Assembly: GCA_965235115.1 (NCBI GenBank)
Contig: OZ249453.1
Span: 6,200,001 to 6,264,000, forward strand
DNA length: 64,000 nucleotides
From: Laetmonice hystrix
Lineage: Eukaryota
Reading direction: 5' to 3'
Shown one piece after another: positions 24,265-35,942 of the stretch. Within the stretch, counting starts at the first letter, position 1. Every line of letters starts with the position of its first letter. A program made the translations under genes and the position numbers. The notes beneath the pieces were generated by a model that ran no database searches, was not told the DNA's origin, and worked only from the letters and a program-made list of their open reading frames with translations.

Positions 24265-27200
24265 TGCCATGCTCGCCCAAGCTGGTGATTGAAACGAGAC
24301 AAACTGTGAACGACGCCGTCAGAAGCTTCGATATTCACGCTTGATTTTCCACCCTTAAAGGTGTTAGTCCTTTTGAGGCGCAGACGTTTCAATCGCAGAG
24401 CGTTTCAAACCCGCCAGCAAATCCCTTTAGAGGGGGCAGCGCCACACAGCGGCACATTGATACATCACTGTTGATGGGGCCGCAGGGATCGCTACGAAAG
24501 GTCGCTAGGCGACGGGGGCCGGCATGGACCAATCAGAGAGAGGTCGACCGACCTGGAAGTGGGCAGCCATGATGGAAACCGTCCACAAAAGGAGCAGCGC
24601 TAATTGGTTACTAATTAGTCTGAACTAACGAGGGGTCATAGTGAGGTGAAGAAGGTGGCAAGAGTAGGGCATGGGAGTCCGTGTACGCTGTGAATGGCAT
24701 AGTTCTGGCCACGGTGACGTGGTGAGGACAGGACAACACCTGTCCCCACCTGTCCTATTTCTGTCCACTCCCTCTGCTAATTTTCCGATGCCAGACTATC
24801 TGCGATTTCAGATCAGACTCAGTTGGTGGGGCACTTCTCCATGGAAGGAGCGAGGGGTCTGACGTTTTCCATGGTAACGCGGGGGTGGGGTGAAGAGATG
24901 ACTGACTCATCGTGTCGGGGTCCCAGTGAACCCCTGGACGCTGTCAAGGACCCCCTGTGTGGGGGGTGGAGGAGTGGCTGGAGGAGGGTCTGTAGGAGAG
25001 GTTGGGAGTCAGGAGTGCTCACATTGAAGACCCGCTGTGTGCATGGAACTGTTGTCTGTCACATCTAACGTACCGACAGCCGCCCTGGAGGAGAGAGCTA
25101 CTCCAGGTTGTCTGGGGGAACCCTCTGCTAGCCTCTTCAGCCCCATTAGGGTTATCGGTGGACAGGGGTTTTACCCCTCCGGGTGGGGTTTGAGATGGGG
25201 CAGTTGAACTGTTTGTCATATAAACACTTTAATAGTTTGCCTCGATATATACGACTGGGTAGGGTCGGTGCAGGAGCCGACAATATGGGACAAACTGCCA
25301 TGGGATTGAAACCCTCAAGATGGCCAGTAATTGTCGGAATCTAAGAGCTTATTATAATGCTTCAAGAGTGGCTGGGTCCCGTGTCTATTCAACCTTTCAC
25401 GGAACTTGAAAGTAGTCTCCGTCGTAGTCAAATTCATAAACAAAAATTCTGTATAATGATTATGAAGTTAATGTATAGTTTATTTAGTCAATAGTCAATA
25501 CCAGTAAAGGTTAGACAGTTTAGACCTGGGCAGATTTCACGTAGTATTGAGACTGGAGTGGCGGTCAGTATTACCTACACCTGTCTGATCTGTCTACCTG
25601 TCTGAGACTGACCACTGGCCAGTCTGATCACCTCGAGGTGACCACCCTGCAGGTCGGAGTGTGAACTCAAGGTGTGACGTCACGTACAAAGATATGAAAG
25701 GGCCGTCGGTACCCGAACGTCCAGGTAACGTCCAGACAACACCTGAGATCTCATGACTGGCGCTAACAGGCGTCAGGCACACAACAACAGTCCCACCTCT
25801 GTCCTCTATTGCCCCCCCCCCCACTCCGAGTGACCTATGACACCTGTCAGTGACCCCCAGCGGGTACCTCACGGTGTCTATGGGGTGTTTATGGCGGGGG
25901 AGGAGGGCAGATACACGTGTAGAGGGGTTGAGTAACAGAGATCACCCAAACCACCCCATCATTGACACATCCATGGTGTCATTGACACATCCATGGTGTC
26001 ACTCACAACCCAATCGCCAGGCCACAATAAACGGCACACAACAGTTACCTAGATATATTGAAAGGTCAACCGACACTGGCCACCGTAAGTGATGGTCAGT
26101 CATTGCGGAGGTCGGATCCATTTGGCCACACACAATGAGCCGCCAGGTCCGGGCAGTGGTCAACAACTGACCAGAGGGATGGCGTCCGTACCTGGACAAT
26201 GGACCCACACGGCCCTGATGTCCAGTGATCAGCGGGCCTGGACACAAACGTAACGGCATCAGGTGCAGGTTTCAGACTTTGCCAAATGGATTTGAAGTTG
26301 TTTTTTTTGCAGCGTCCTTCTGTCAGTTTAAAACATCCTTTAATGTTTTCCCGAAGTTTTATCCGTTTCTGGCCGTCAGATCAAACATGTATCCGCTTAT
26401 GGATTAAAAAAACTAATCTGGATTTAGTGAATGGCAAAATGTCAGAAATAAACCATGTAGACCTCTACATTTTGGTGAAATATTCATAGGAGACAAGAAC
26501 CGCGGAGGTCATTATAGATTAGGCTTATATGGGATATAATAGAAGTCTAGGATATACATTGAATATAGGCATAATATCAATGGCTACCAGAATCTCGCAT
26601 TACCCGGTAAAAATCCTCTTTCACATTTCGAACTTTCCCATGCCGTGCAGAGATTGTTTCGTATAGCGTTCATCAGATGTGATCAGTGAGGACGCACAGA
26701 CAGGCCATGGTGACGTCAATGTCGCCGACGTTTGTCGACAGAGGGCGTGACGTGACGACTGGGCAGATATCGGTTAATGAGGGGATCTGTGGCATGTATA
26801 ACAACCCCCCCGTACGTCTCACCTGAGTGGTGATTAGTTTTTGTCTCTCACCTGTTGGTAGTCTCACCCGTATAGGATTAGAACTACATACATGGATATC
26901 AGACTCTCATAATCTCAGGCTGGGAGGTTATCTTTATCTGTTAGACTCGCTAACTTTCGTAACTTTGTGATACACGATTCTCTCTGACATTGAGGGCGGG
27001 GTAGGGGAGGAACAACATGTTACTATCTATATACGTACACGGGTACTTGCCATGCTCAACTGAATGATGGCATCGAATCTACAAATGGGCCAGGATTCTC
27101 TTCACCAGTACGATTGACATTGAACACCATAGGGCCTACCATACCCCCACCATCTACCCACCCCCACCCCGACACCAGACCTTGTGACTCTGACCTTGAC

Positions 27201-27732
27201 CCCACCGTCACGTGATCGACGTAACGTGATCCAGATTCAATCTCCCAACTTCTTGTATAACCTGACCAGTATCTGCCATCTCTCTCCCACCCCAGGTCCC
27301 CAGACCCCCCCCCCCCCGACGTATTCTGCCTGGTGGGTCCAAGTTTATTCCTATCTTATCTAAACCTCCACCTTGGCCTTTCACTGACTTCTCCCTACCT
27401 CTCTGCGTTCCATGGCGACCACCAACGTGCTAGTTACCATAGCAACATAAACTTTATGTACATGGAAATGTCGGGTTTATCACTTAGATCTGCCCGACAT
27501 GTTAGCCCTTGGTCGTTCCTGGGAGGTATATTCACACAGCTAAGTCGTCTTTCCGTGCTCCAACAAGTTTTAGAATCCTCTTTTATTGCTGAGTTGTTAT
27601 AAAGTCGGGCCTGGGTTGTCTGGAGTATCTTCCGACATGATTTATAATTTTGTAATCTTTCTGCTGATTGGTTAAACATCTTGGTTGTTGTATTGATAAA
27701 TGTAATAAGCTGATTGGTTGCTTCCTCCCATC

Positions 27733-28185
27733 TCACCTGATTGGTTGATATTGTGTCATGTGATGAGCCTGTCGAACCAGACAGTACCTGATTGGTTGAT
27801 ATTGTGTCATGTGATCAGCCTGTCGGTCCAGACAGTACCTGATTGGTTGATATTGTGTCATGTGATCTGCCTGTCGGACCAGACAGTGCCTGATTGGTTG
27901 ATATTGTGTCATGTGATCAGCCTGTCGGTCCAGACAGTACCTGATTGGTTGATATTGTGTCATGTGATCTGCCTGTCGGACCAGACAGTACCTGATTGGT
28001 TGATATTGTGTCATGTGATCTGCCTGTGGGACCAGACAGTACCTGATTGGTTGATATTGTGTCATGTGATCAGCCAAACAGTACCTGATTGGTTGATATT
28101 GTGTCATGTGATCTACCTGTGGGACCAGACAGTACCTGATTGGTTGATATTGTGTCATGTGATCTACCTGTCGGACCAGACAGTA
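27733..28185. repeat. 51-bp minisatellite containing CTGATTGG (reverse CCAAT box)
   Basis: gtacctgattggttgatattgtgtcatgtgatcagcctgtcggtccagaca, about 9 copies; produces the 17-aa periodic ORFs. Confidence 0.9.
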
Positions 28186-29249
28186 GATTATCTTCAGACT
28201 TTATGATTAAGAAAGGAACGGGAGACAAGGAGAGATGAAGTATGGGTGATATCCTAGGATGTAATCCTCTGCCCTCACGTATTCTCAGCTAGACGTAATC
28301 AGATTACTCCATTATGCGTGGTATTCACGAGAATGGCTCTCTGCGGATAGGCTGAGGGCGTGATATCACATTCTGACACAGCAACACGCAGTCCCGGGGT
28401 ATAAACTGACACACGTCAGAGATCCCCCCCACCCCTAAAAAAAAAGAACATAGCAGACATCCCTGAAGGTCTTCACATGAAAAAAGGTGTCAGGCCCAGC
28501 ATGGGTTCGGAGCGGGTCCCATTTGTAGCCCGCCGGTCGAACAGTGGGGGCAGGATGTAAGGGGGGTGGGGTGTGGGGGGGTTACCCCTGGGCGTCGAGG
28601 GCGGGCGCTGGGCCAGATGGACGCACTTTGAAGGTTGGTGTGAACTTGGCTTAAAACGACGGGCAGTGATATGAAGTAAAATTACCACTTTGGAATCTAA
28701 TATTACCAGACTAACCATTTTACCAACCAAGGTCGCCAATGGCAACCGTGGTGGAAACAAGTGTTACCAATGACAACCAGATAAAGATATATCAATATCT
28801 GTGTTAGCAGCCGCGTCCACGAGACCAGTACACATTGTAGCAGTGTGAAACTATTCCATCACGTTGGGAGTGTTACACATTCGACACAGGAAACTATATA
28901 CGCATCAACACCTTTTTCCAAGATATTTTTTCACTGTCTTGCACTAGATGGAGTATTCCACTTTTTGATGTGAACTTTTCAGTAGATTAACCACGGATTA
29001 AAAACTTACAGGACCGCCCGTAGCTAATCCTGTCCGCCCTTGTGGAGTGACCCGGGAGATGTCTATAAAAAATAACATCCCAAGGGTCAGGAGCACAGCC
29101 TGGAGTAATTCTCACCCTCCTCCCTGGAGGAGGGATCTTGGTGGTCTCGAGTATATAGTTTGAGACAGAGGTCGGTGGTAACTATGGGAACAAGTGAATA
29201 AAGCCAAGATGATACAAATGTTTTCAATATGCCATGTTTGACATGTGTT

Positions 29250-29284
29250 CTGATATGATATTTTCTTGTGTTTTTCAGGTAAGT
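29250..29284 (+). promoter_or_regulatory. Candidate recursive splice site RS2
   Basis: ctgat(branch-like)atgatattttcttgtgtttttcAG|GTAAGT; AG at 29277-29278, GTAAGT at 29279-29284. Confidence 0.7.
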
Positions 29285-29415
29285 TTGCTGATGGTAGGGA
29301 GTAAAAAGTTGGCAGTGGTCCTGGTACCTCTTGGCACCAGAAGGTGAAGTACATAATGAAGGTAAAGTCAGATTACACATGTATATTTTGAGGATTATCC
29401 TGATGCTAAGATCAG
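29279..29415 (+). other. Putative 137-nt cryptic RS-exon (in-frame stop; poison exon)
   Basis: Consensus donor CAG|GTGAGT at 29416-29421; read in frame after the upstream exon it reaches TGA after 22 codons. Confidence 0.55.
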
Positions 29416-29574
29416 GTGAGTTGTTGCGATTCATCTGGGAGGATCAGTGGAGGCGGGGCGAACACTCGTCAGTAAAGTTTATCGTCATGGAACGATTAAA
29501 GAAGATATAGGATGAGGAAGGTCAAAGGGTTTTAAATAACCGATTTGGAGTCCAATATTGCCGGAGCAACCAAT

Positions 29575-29901
29575 GTTACCAATGACAACCGTTGTAGTGA
29601 CAAGTGTTACCAATGACAACCGTTGTGGGGACAAATGTTACCAATGGCAACCCTTGTAGTGACAAGTGTTACCAATGACAACCGTTGTAGTGACAAGTGT
29701 TACCAATGACAACCCTTGTAGTGATAAGTGTTACCAATGACAACCGTTGTAGGGACAAATGTTACCAATGACAACCGTTGTAGTGACAAGTGTTACCAAT
29801 GACAACCCTTGTAGTGACAAGTGTTACCAATGACAACCGTTGTAGTGACAAGTGTTTCCAATGGCAACCGTTGTAGTGACAAGTGTTACTAATGGCAACC
29901 A
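29575..29901. repeat. 31-bp minisatellite with an X-box-like core
   Basis: gttaccaatgacaaccgttgtagtgacaagt, about 10.5 copies; a detached copy lies at ~28730-28780. Confidence 0.9.
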
Positions 29902-32900
29902 TATTAAACCTTATGTCTCCAGTCGTTACCAATTAGTTACAAGAAAGCCAGATGAAAGCTTGTTTTTTACCCAAACGCCCCCCTCCCCTCCTCGCTGACA
30001 TTTTACTTACTCCGGTCCATGGGGGGCCGTACAGCCCTCGGTACCTGGCACCCACAATGCCTTGTCGTACTGTGAGCTAGTCTGTGAGGGCGGACCCCCC
30101 GGGACCCCCCAGGACCCCCCAACCCGGGGTGGTAGGTCGGAATCAGCACCCCCTGTCAGGCTACAAATGTCGGACGGGTGGGTATTGTATCGTAAGACAG
30201 CGTGGACATGGAGGGAACTCCGGGTGGTCACCCAGCCCCCACTCCCACCCCTCCCGCTGTCCAAGCCCTCCACCCCTTTACCCCCCCCCCCCCCCCCCAC
30301 AGTACCAGGGGTACACATCGGCGGCCTTTTTACCCCCTTACATAAGTCTGTTTGGTCACGGATCAGGTATGTAATTGATGTAATTGGTGAGAAGAACGAG
30401 TCGGGCAGGGTGGGGTTCAGAAAGGAGTTTGAAATTTGAGAAGGTCCCTGTGAAACTGTATCGGCCCCTCCAACCATTCATCATGTGGTCGAGGTACCAG
30501 TCTCCACCCAGGCCGAAGCTCGTGTATGGGTGTCTAAGTTAGCTTGCATTGTGTACTCTGGATTCCCGCCATAAACACCTAGTATATTTACATATCATAT
30601 TGTCATTTCAATAACTGCAGTTATGCCAAGAGCAGGTGAACCATTGTTTCGGAAAGAGTCAGCGTGGAGAGGCTGTTAGAGGGCAAGCTGAGGTCATGAC
30701 CTTGGAAGGAATCTGCCAAGGTCAAGTGGATTTCTGCGTGTCGCTCATACCGTAGAGATAGCCGGTAATGGTGACATTTTGCGCCGTTAGAGGGCGCTGT
30801 TGGGAATGAACCGTGACAAATCTGACCATAGAGTGTGAGAAAGTCTGACGGCACTCATAAGAAAACATTATGATTCTCCTGAGTTGATTAAACATAAAAG
30901 AGTTATGCTAATTGTTTGCATACTGACGCCCGTTGCTATGAGATGGTTGTTATGGTAATCGTTGCCATGAGGTGGTTGTTATGGTAATCAGGCTGACCGG
31001 AGACGGGACGACCCCGCTCGCTAGAGTCGACCCGACGTCTGGAGTCTAGGCAAGGCCTGATCTGAATGTCGTGTCTCCCCAGGACCACGTCCTCCGTCTG
31101 TCTCTATCGGACGTCTGCCTGGGTCAGTTGTTGGTCGGCCCAACTCGCCCACTCCTCTGACGTCCCAGTTCAGGACTAAACATCATCCCAAGGGTCACCC
31201 GTGCCTTATAGGATTCCTAGAATACTCAGATGACCTTGGGAAGAACCTGCACATCAGACCTGCCCCTTTACTAGGACACAATTTTGTGTTGAGGATGTAA
31301 ATGACATCTTCATCCCTTGCACGAGTTGATTATACACATCGTTTATGAAATATTTATTGTACGACTTATTATCGTTGTTTATGAGCGACTCCAGTCCTGT
31401 TAATAGGTCTGTTAGCGTGATGTAGTTAAATATTGGCGACTAGATGTTTCCATATTCAGATCGAGAATTTGTATTTTCCTATCCACATGCCGTGAGTGGT
31501 GGTCGTGATCTGATACCAATGATGCCGTGTCTAGTCGCTCTATAATCTGTTTTTTTTTACCGGGACCTCATCATTTGTTAGAATATAATGAAGGTTTTAT
31601 CGTCTTGAGTTATGGAGCCATGGACCAGAGTGTCGTTGAAACGAGATGGCATAGTTTGTCTTGGCTAAGGTGGCGACCTTGGCATTGGCTGAGAGAGTGA
31701 CCTTGACATTGGCCTTGAAAGTGTCCCTGGGAAGTGGTCGTCATGGTGACGGGGTCGAGGGGGAGTAGGGTTGCTATAAAAAGTCCGCCTATCCCCGTAT
31801 ATTAGGATGTCACAGAAAAATAGAAATGTGTTTGGGATTTGAGTTTAAATAACGATTGGGTCACATCTTTGGCGAACAAGATCTCCTCCAACGGATAAAC
31901 ATCGAGATGTTGAAAATAAAACGGAATTTGGGTGAAAAAATAATAAATAAATACCGAACCTTTTATGTGTTGAATAGGAAACCCGTGGAGTAATTTTGTC
32001 TAGTTGTTTGCCTTTTAGCACATGGAGCCAGAGAATGTAATGTATGCACATATGAAGTGGTCTTCTCGGCCCGATTGTCAACAGATATAGGGTGTCATTT
32101 CACAAGTTAAACTCGCATCGAACATGAATGCGTTGACAAATATTTGTCTTTTAAAACGTCTGCCCTGACGAACGACGTTGTGGTGAGTGTGCTGGCTGCA
32201 GCCCGATTGTCCCAAGGTTTTCGACCAATATTTGAGGCCCACGTTAGTTTGTTAATGCTAGGCATGTGTTTGACAGGGCACGAATGGGGGTGGGGGGCTC
32301 AATGAACAGAGACGCAGGAAATGGACGCAGTAAACACGGGCTTTTAGAGCACACTGTCTCCTAACCGGCCTCAAGTGATCCGCAGGCAAAGCAGCCCTTT
32401 CTCTGTGATTGGTCCAAATATTGGCCAATCATACACAAGGCGGTCGTGCTGAATAAGCCGTTGGAGGAAGCCATTTGCCGAATAGCTGAGGAACGAGTCT
32501 GCAGTTGAATATGCTGACTTTTGTCCGGGAATAAAAGTAGCTCTGATTGTTTAGCTTGGTGGCGTAGATGATTCATTTGCGCAACCTCTTATCAGAGTCA
32601 GAGCCTTTCACAAGAGGAAGCGGGGAACGTGGGTGACGCGACTTCGGACAATGGCGTTCCGATTGAATCATGATGACGTAATGTTAACGTTCTACTGAGT
32701 GGAATGACGTAAAACGTGACGAACAGGGCGGCCATGACACTTTTTGTTCCAACACCCAGCGTCCTCAGGTGGTAAGAAATGACAACACCGCTCGTAATGG
32801 ACACTGGAATTCGAACCCGAGTAATGTGCTGATGTTGTTGAGGGATGGCAACATTTCGAGATTTTTAGAAGGACAGGGTGACATTGCTTACTTAAGTCGC

Positions 32901-35299
32901 GTTGTCTGTATTTTGCGGTGATGCTATGGAGGACAGCAAACAATGGCAGACACGTTAAAATGTCCACATTTCCAGGTAGATTTTAAACGCTCAAAAAAGA
33001 TTTGCCATAGTAAAGGCCGCTATCTATGGTTTTGAAATTTGATTTTCATAACTTAATAAAGACGCTTGAAACTAAACGGATTGGATTTTCTTCGCCGTAA
33101 TGAAAAGCTCAGCTGTGGAAAACAGTGACTTATTTTGGAATTCATCTTAGATTTGGCTCGGAGCCATGCATGGATGTTGTTATTTCATCCTTCTGCTTAG
33201 ATTATTCAAGAAACATCAAGTCAAGTAAGGGAAGTGATTTGAAAATAAGCACTTCCAAGTCGGCTAAAGTGAATTACAGATTCAGAGAATTACAATTGAG
33301 TGGTCTGAATGTTTCATAGCAACATGTTTAGCTATTCTGATTGTCAATAAAGAGTTTGTGTCGGCGGATGAAATGAAAGAAAAACATTGTGTGCAGTGAC
33401 GTCGATTCGACTCGGGGCCCCAGAAACAGCCGCATGCAGGGGGACTCTTTTGCTGTTTTTAGCGTAACAAGAAAAATTTAAATAGATTGGCTGACCTTGG
33501 GGTCAACAACGCCAGTCTAGACCGGGTCAGAAATAGCTGCGTCTTGTATAAAGAGTCCCTCCGCAACAGGATCCCGGAGCTATTCAGTCACAAATTAAAG
33601 GTAAACACGAATCACTTTCACATAATCTGCTTTCACTGGCCGGAAACTGGATCAAATCACCAATGGCGAGAGCTGTAACTTATCTGGGCTTCACCCTCAA
33701 TTAGCCAATCGTAGGCGCCGTGAGATAATGACTTTGAGGATGCTCCTTGTGGAAAGTCAACAAAACCGATGGAAGATTCAGTATGACATCTGTGACTAGA
33801 TATCAACCTATACAACCTTACAGCATCGCGCAGGGAGGAAACGCTCAGAACGTCGTGTAACCTATCGCAGCAGCTCTTACATAACGTGTAGACTTTAGGC
33901 CGAAATAACTCTGAGAACCGTTACACAACTGGGTGATGTCGAGCCACAGGTGGTGTCCAAAGCTAATCACAAAAGTGTGGGCGTTGAAAACGGTCGGCAG
34001 GGGGCAGCACAGGTCTACAGAGATCATAAAGGCGGACTGGGGGAGAAATATAAGATATTGACGAAACGTTCCGACTGTACTTGAGTACGTCGTCATTTAT
34101 TATTCTTTAATTTATCACTAATATCAGGTATAAAATTGTGAAAACTGCCACTTGTTAAATGACTTTTTCCTTGGTCCAGAGGTGATATTTCATGCGAGTA
34201 ACAAGGAGTGAGTTTATTATGAGAACTTGTTCAAGAACCAGCATCTGGAAGGGGGAGGTTGGAGCTCTGCTGAGAGGTGTGGCCATGCGCATCTGTGTAT
34301 GGGAAGTGAACGTTTCAGAGGTCAGTGCCATTGTCACGGGCCAAGACTCAAACAAAACCCAGACATCATGTGGCTCGCAGGAGGCAACGTGGAGGGCTTC
34401 CATCTGTAGATCAAGGGGTTCATGGTAAAAAGGGGTCGTGACAGCACCCCGATCACTAGCGCCATCTGCTGCCTATTACCGGAAGTGTCCAGGAGCCATT
34501 TAACCCGACTTTCCTTCCTCCTTCCACAAGATCTCCAACCCACCCCCATTTGCCCGAACCCGTCGTAAATTGTGTTCAGGCTGTACCCCCTTATTGGCTA
34601 TTTACCCTGAGTGGGAGCAAATATCCACGGCGTTGAGATCATGTGACCTGAGAGACGCCGCGAAGCGTGTGAGGTTTGACGGAGCGGGGTGGTAGAACCA
34701 TGGTAGAACCCCCACAAAACTGGGGGTAAAGGATCGAGTTAGCATCAGCGTTTGCGTTCGGGATAAATTTTTGTGGAGGTCATCAGACCGCGTTTAGGTG
34801 GTAGTATAACATTTTAGAGCCTGAAATAGCGATATATTTTTACTTGTTCCAACTGGATTCCGTGGGGTTCTACCATCGGGGATGTTGGAGTTGGACTGGG
34901 GGAAGCGTCGGTGGTGGCGGTGGGTATGTGAGTGTGTATGATGGATGGGTCAGTAAAAAGGTGCGGGTTGTGAGTGAGTGAGACTGCGGCAGCGGGCCGT
35001 GAAGATGGCATCACGGCGGCTGACAGGGGCAGATCGAGGGGGAAGAGATCACTGGGACATTAGTAAAATAACGGGGTACAGTCTATACCCCTGCTCATTG
35101 TACCCCCTCACCTGTCGACAGGGCTGACGTCTCACGGTCAGAGGTGATTTCAGGTTTATGTAACTCTAAAACAGGTGCTGACCAAGTCGGCATTGTATAT
35201 CTTGTAAACCAACGTGGATTTTATAGGCTCTTTATATTGGGAGTTTAGCATTGAAACAAAAGTGGTTTTGAGATGATCTTTATTAGGAGTTTAGCTTTG

Positions 35300-35942
35300 A
35301 AACAAATGTGGTTTTGAGATCTTTATATTGGGGGTTTAGCATTGAAACAAAGGTGGTTTGGAGATCAGTGTATCATTGAAACAAAGGTGGTTTGGAGATC
35401 AGTGTATCATTGAAACAAAGGTGGTTTGGAGAACAGTTTATCATTGAAACAAAGGTGGTTTGGAGATCAGTGTATCATTGAAACAAAGGTCGTTTGGAGA
35501 TCAGTGTATCATTGAAACAAAGGTGGTTTGGAGATCAGTTTAGCATTGAAACAAAGGTGGTTTGGAGATCAGTTTATCATTAAAACAAAGGTGGTTTGGA
35601 GATCAGTTTAGCATTGAAACAAAGGTGGTTTGGAGATCAGTTTAGCATTGAAACAAAGGTGGTTTGGAGATCAGTTTAGCATTGAAACAAAGGTGGTTTG
35701 GAGATCAGTTTATCATTAAAACAAAGGTGGTTTGGAGATCAGTTTAGCATTGAAACAAAGGTGGTTTGGAGATCAGTTTAGCATTGAAACAAAGGTGGTT
35801 TGGAGATCAGTTTAGCATTGAAACATAGGTGGTTTGGAGATCAGTTTAGCATTGAAACAAAGGTGGTTTGGAGATCAGTTTAGCATTGAAACAAAGGTGG
35901 TTTGGAGAACAGTTTAGCATTGAAACAAAGGTGGTTTGGAGA
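35300..35942. repeat. 34-bp minisatellite
   Basis: agcattgaaacaaaggtggtttggagatcagttt, about 18 copies. Confidence 0.92.

Noticed and set aside
27718-28206. 17-aa periodic ORFs on both strands
   Set aside because: Translations of the 51-bp repeat.
29575-29901. Possible CRISPR-like array (also considered for the 35.3 kb and 49.6 kb arrays)
   Set aside because: Units are head-to-tail with no unique spacers, no cas genes are present, and the context is a eukaryotic intron.
32800-32830. B-box-like GGGTTCGAATTCC on the minus strand (tRNA/SINE?)
   Set aside because: No A-box at suitable spacing and no cloverleaf.
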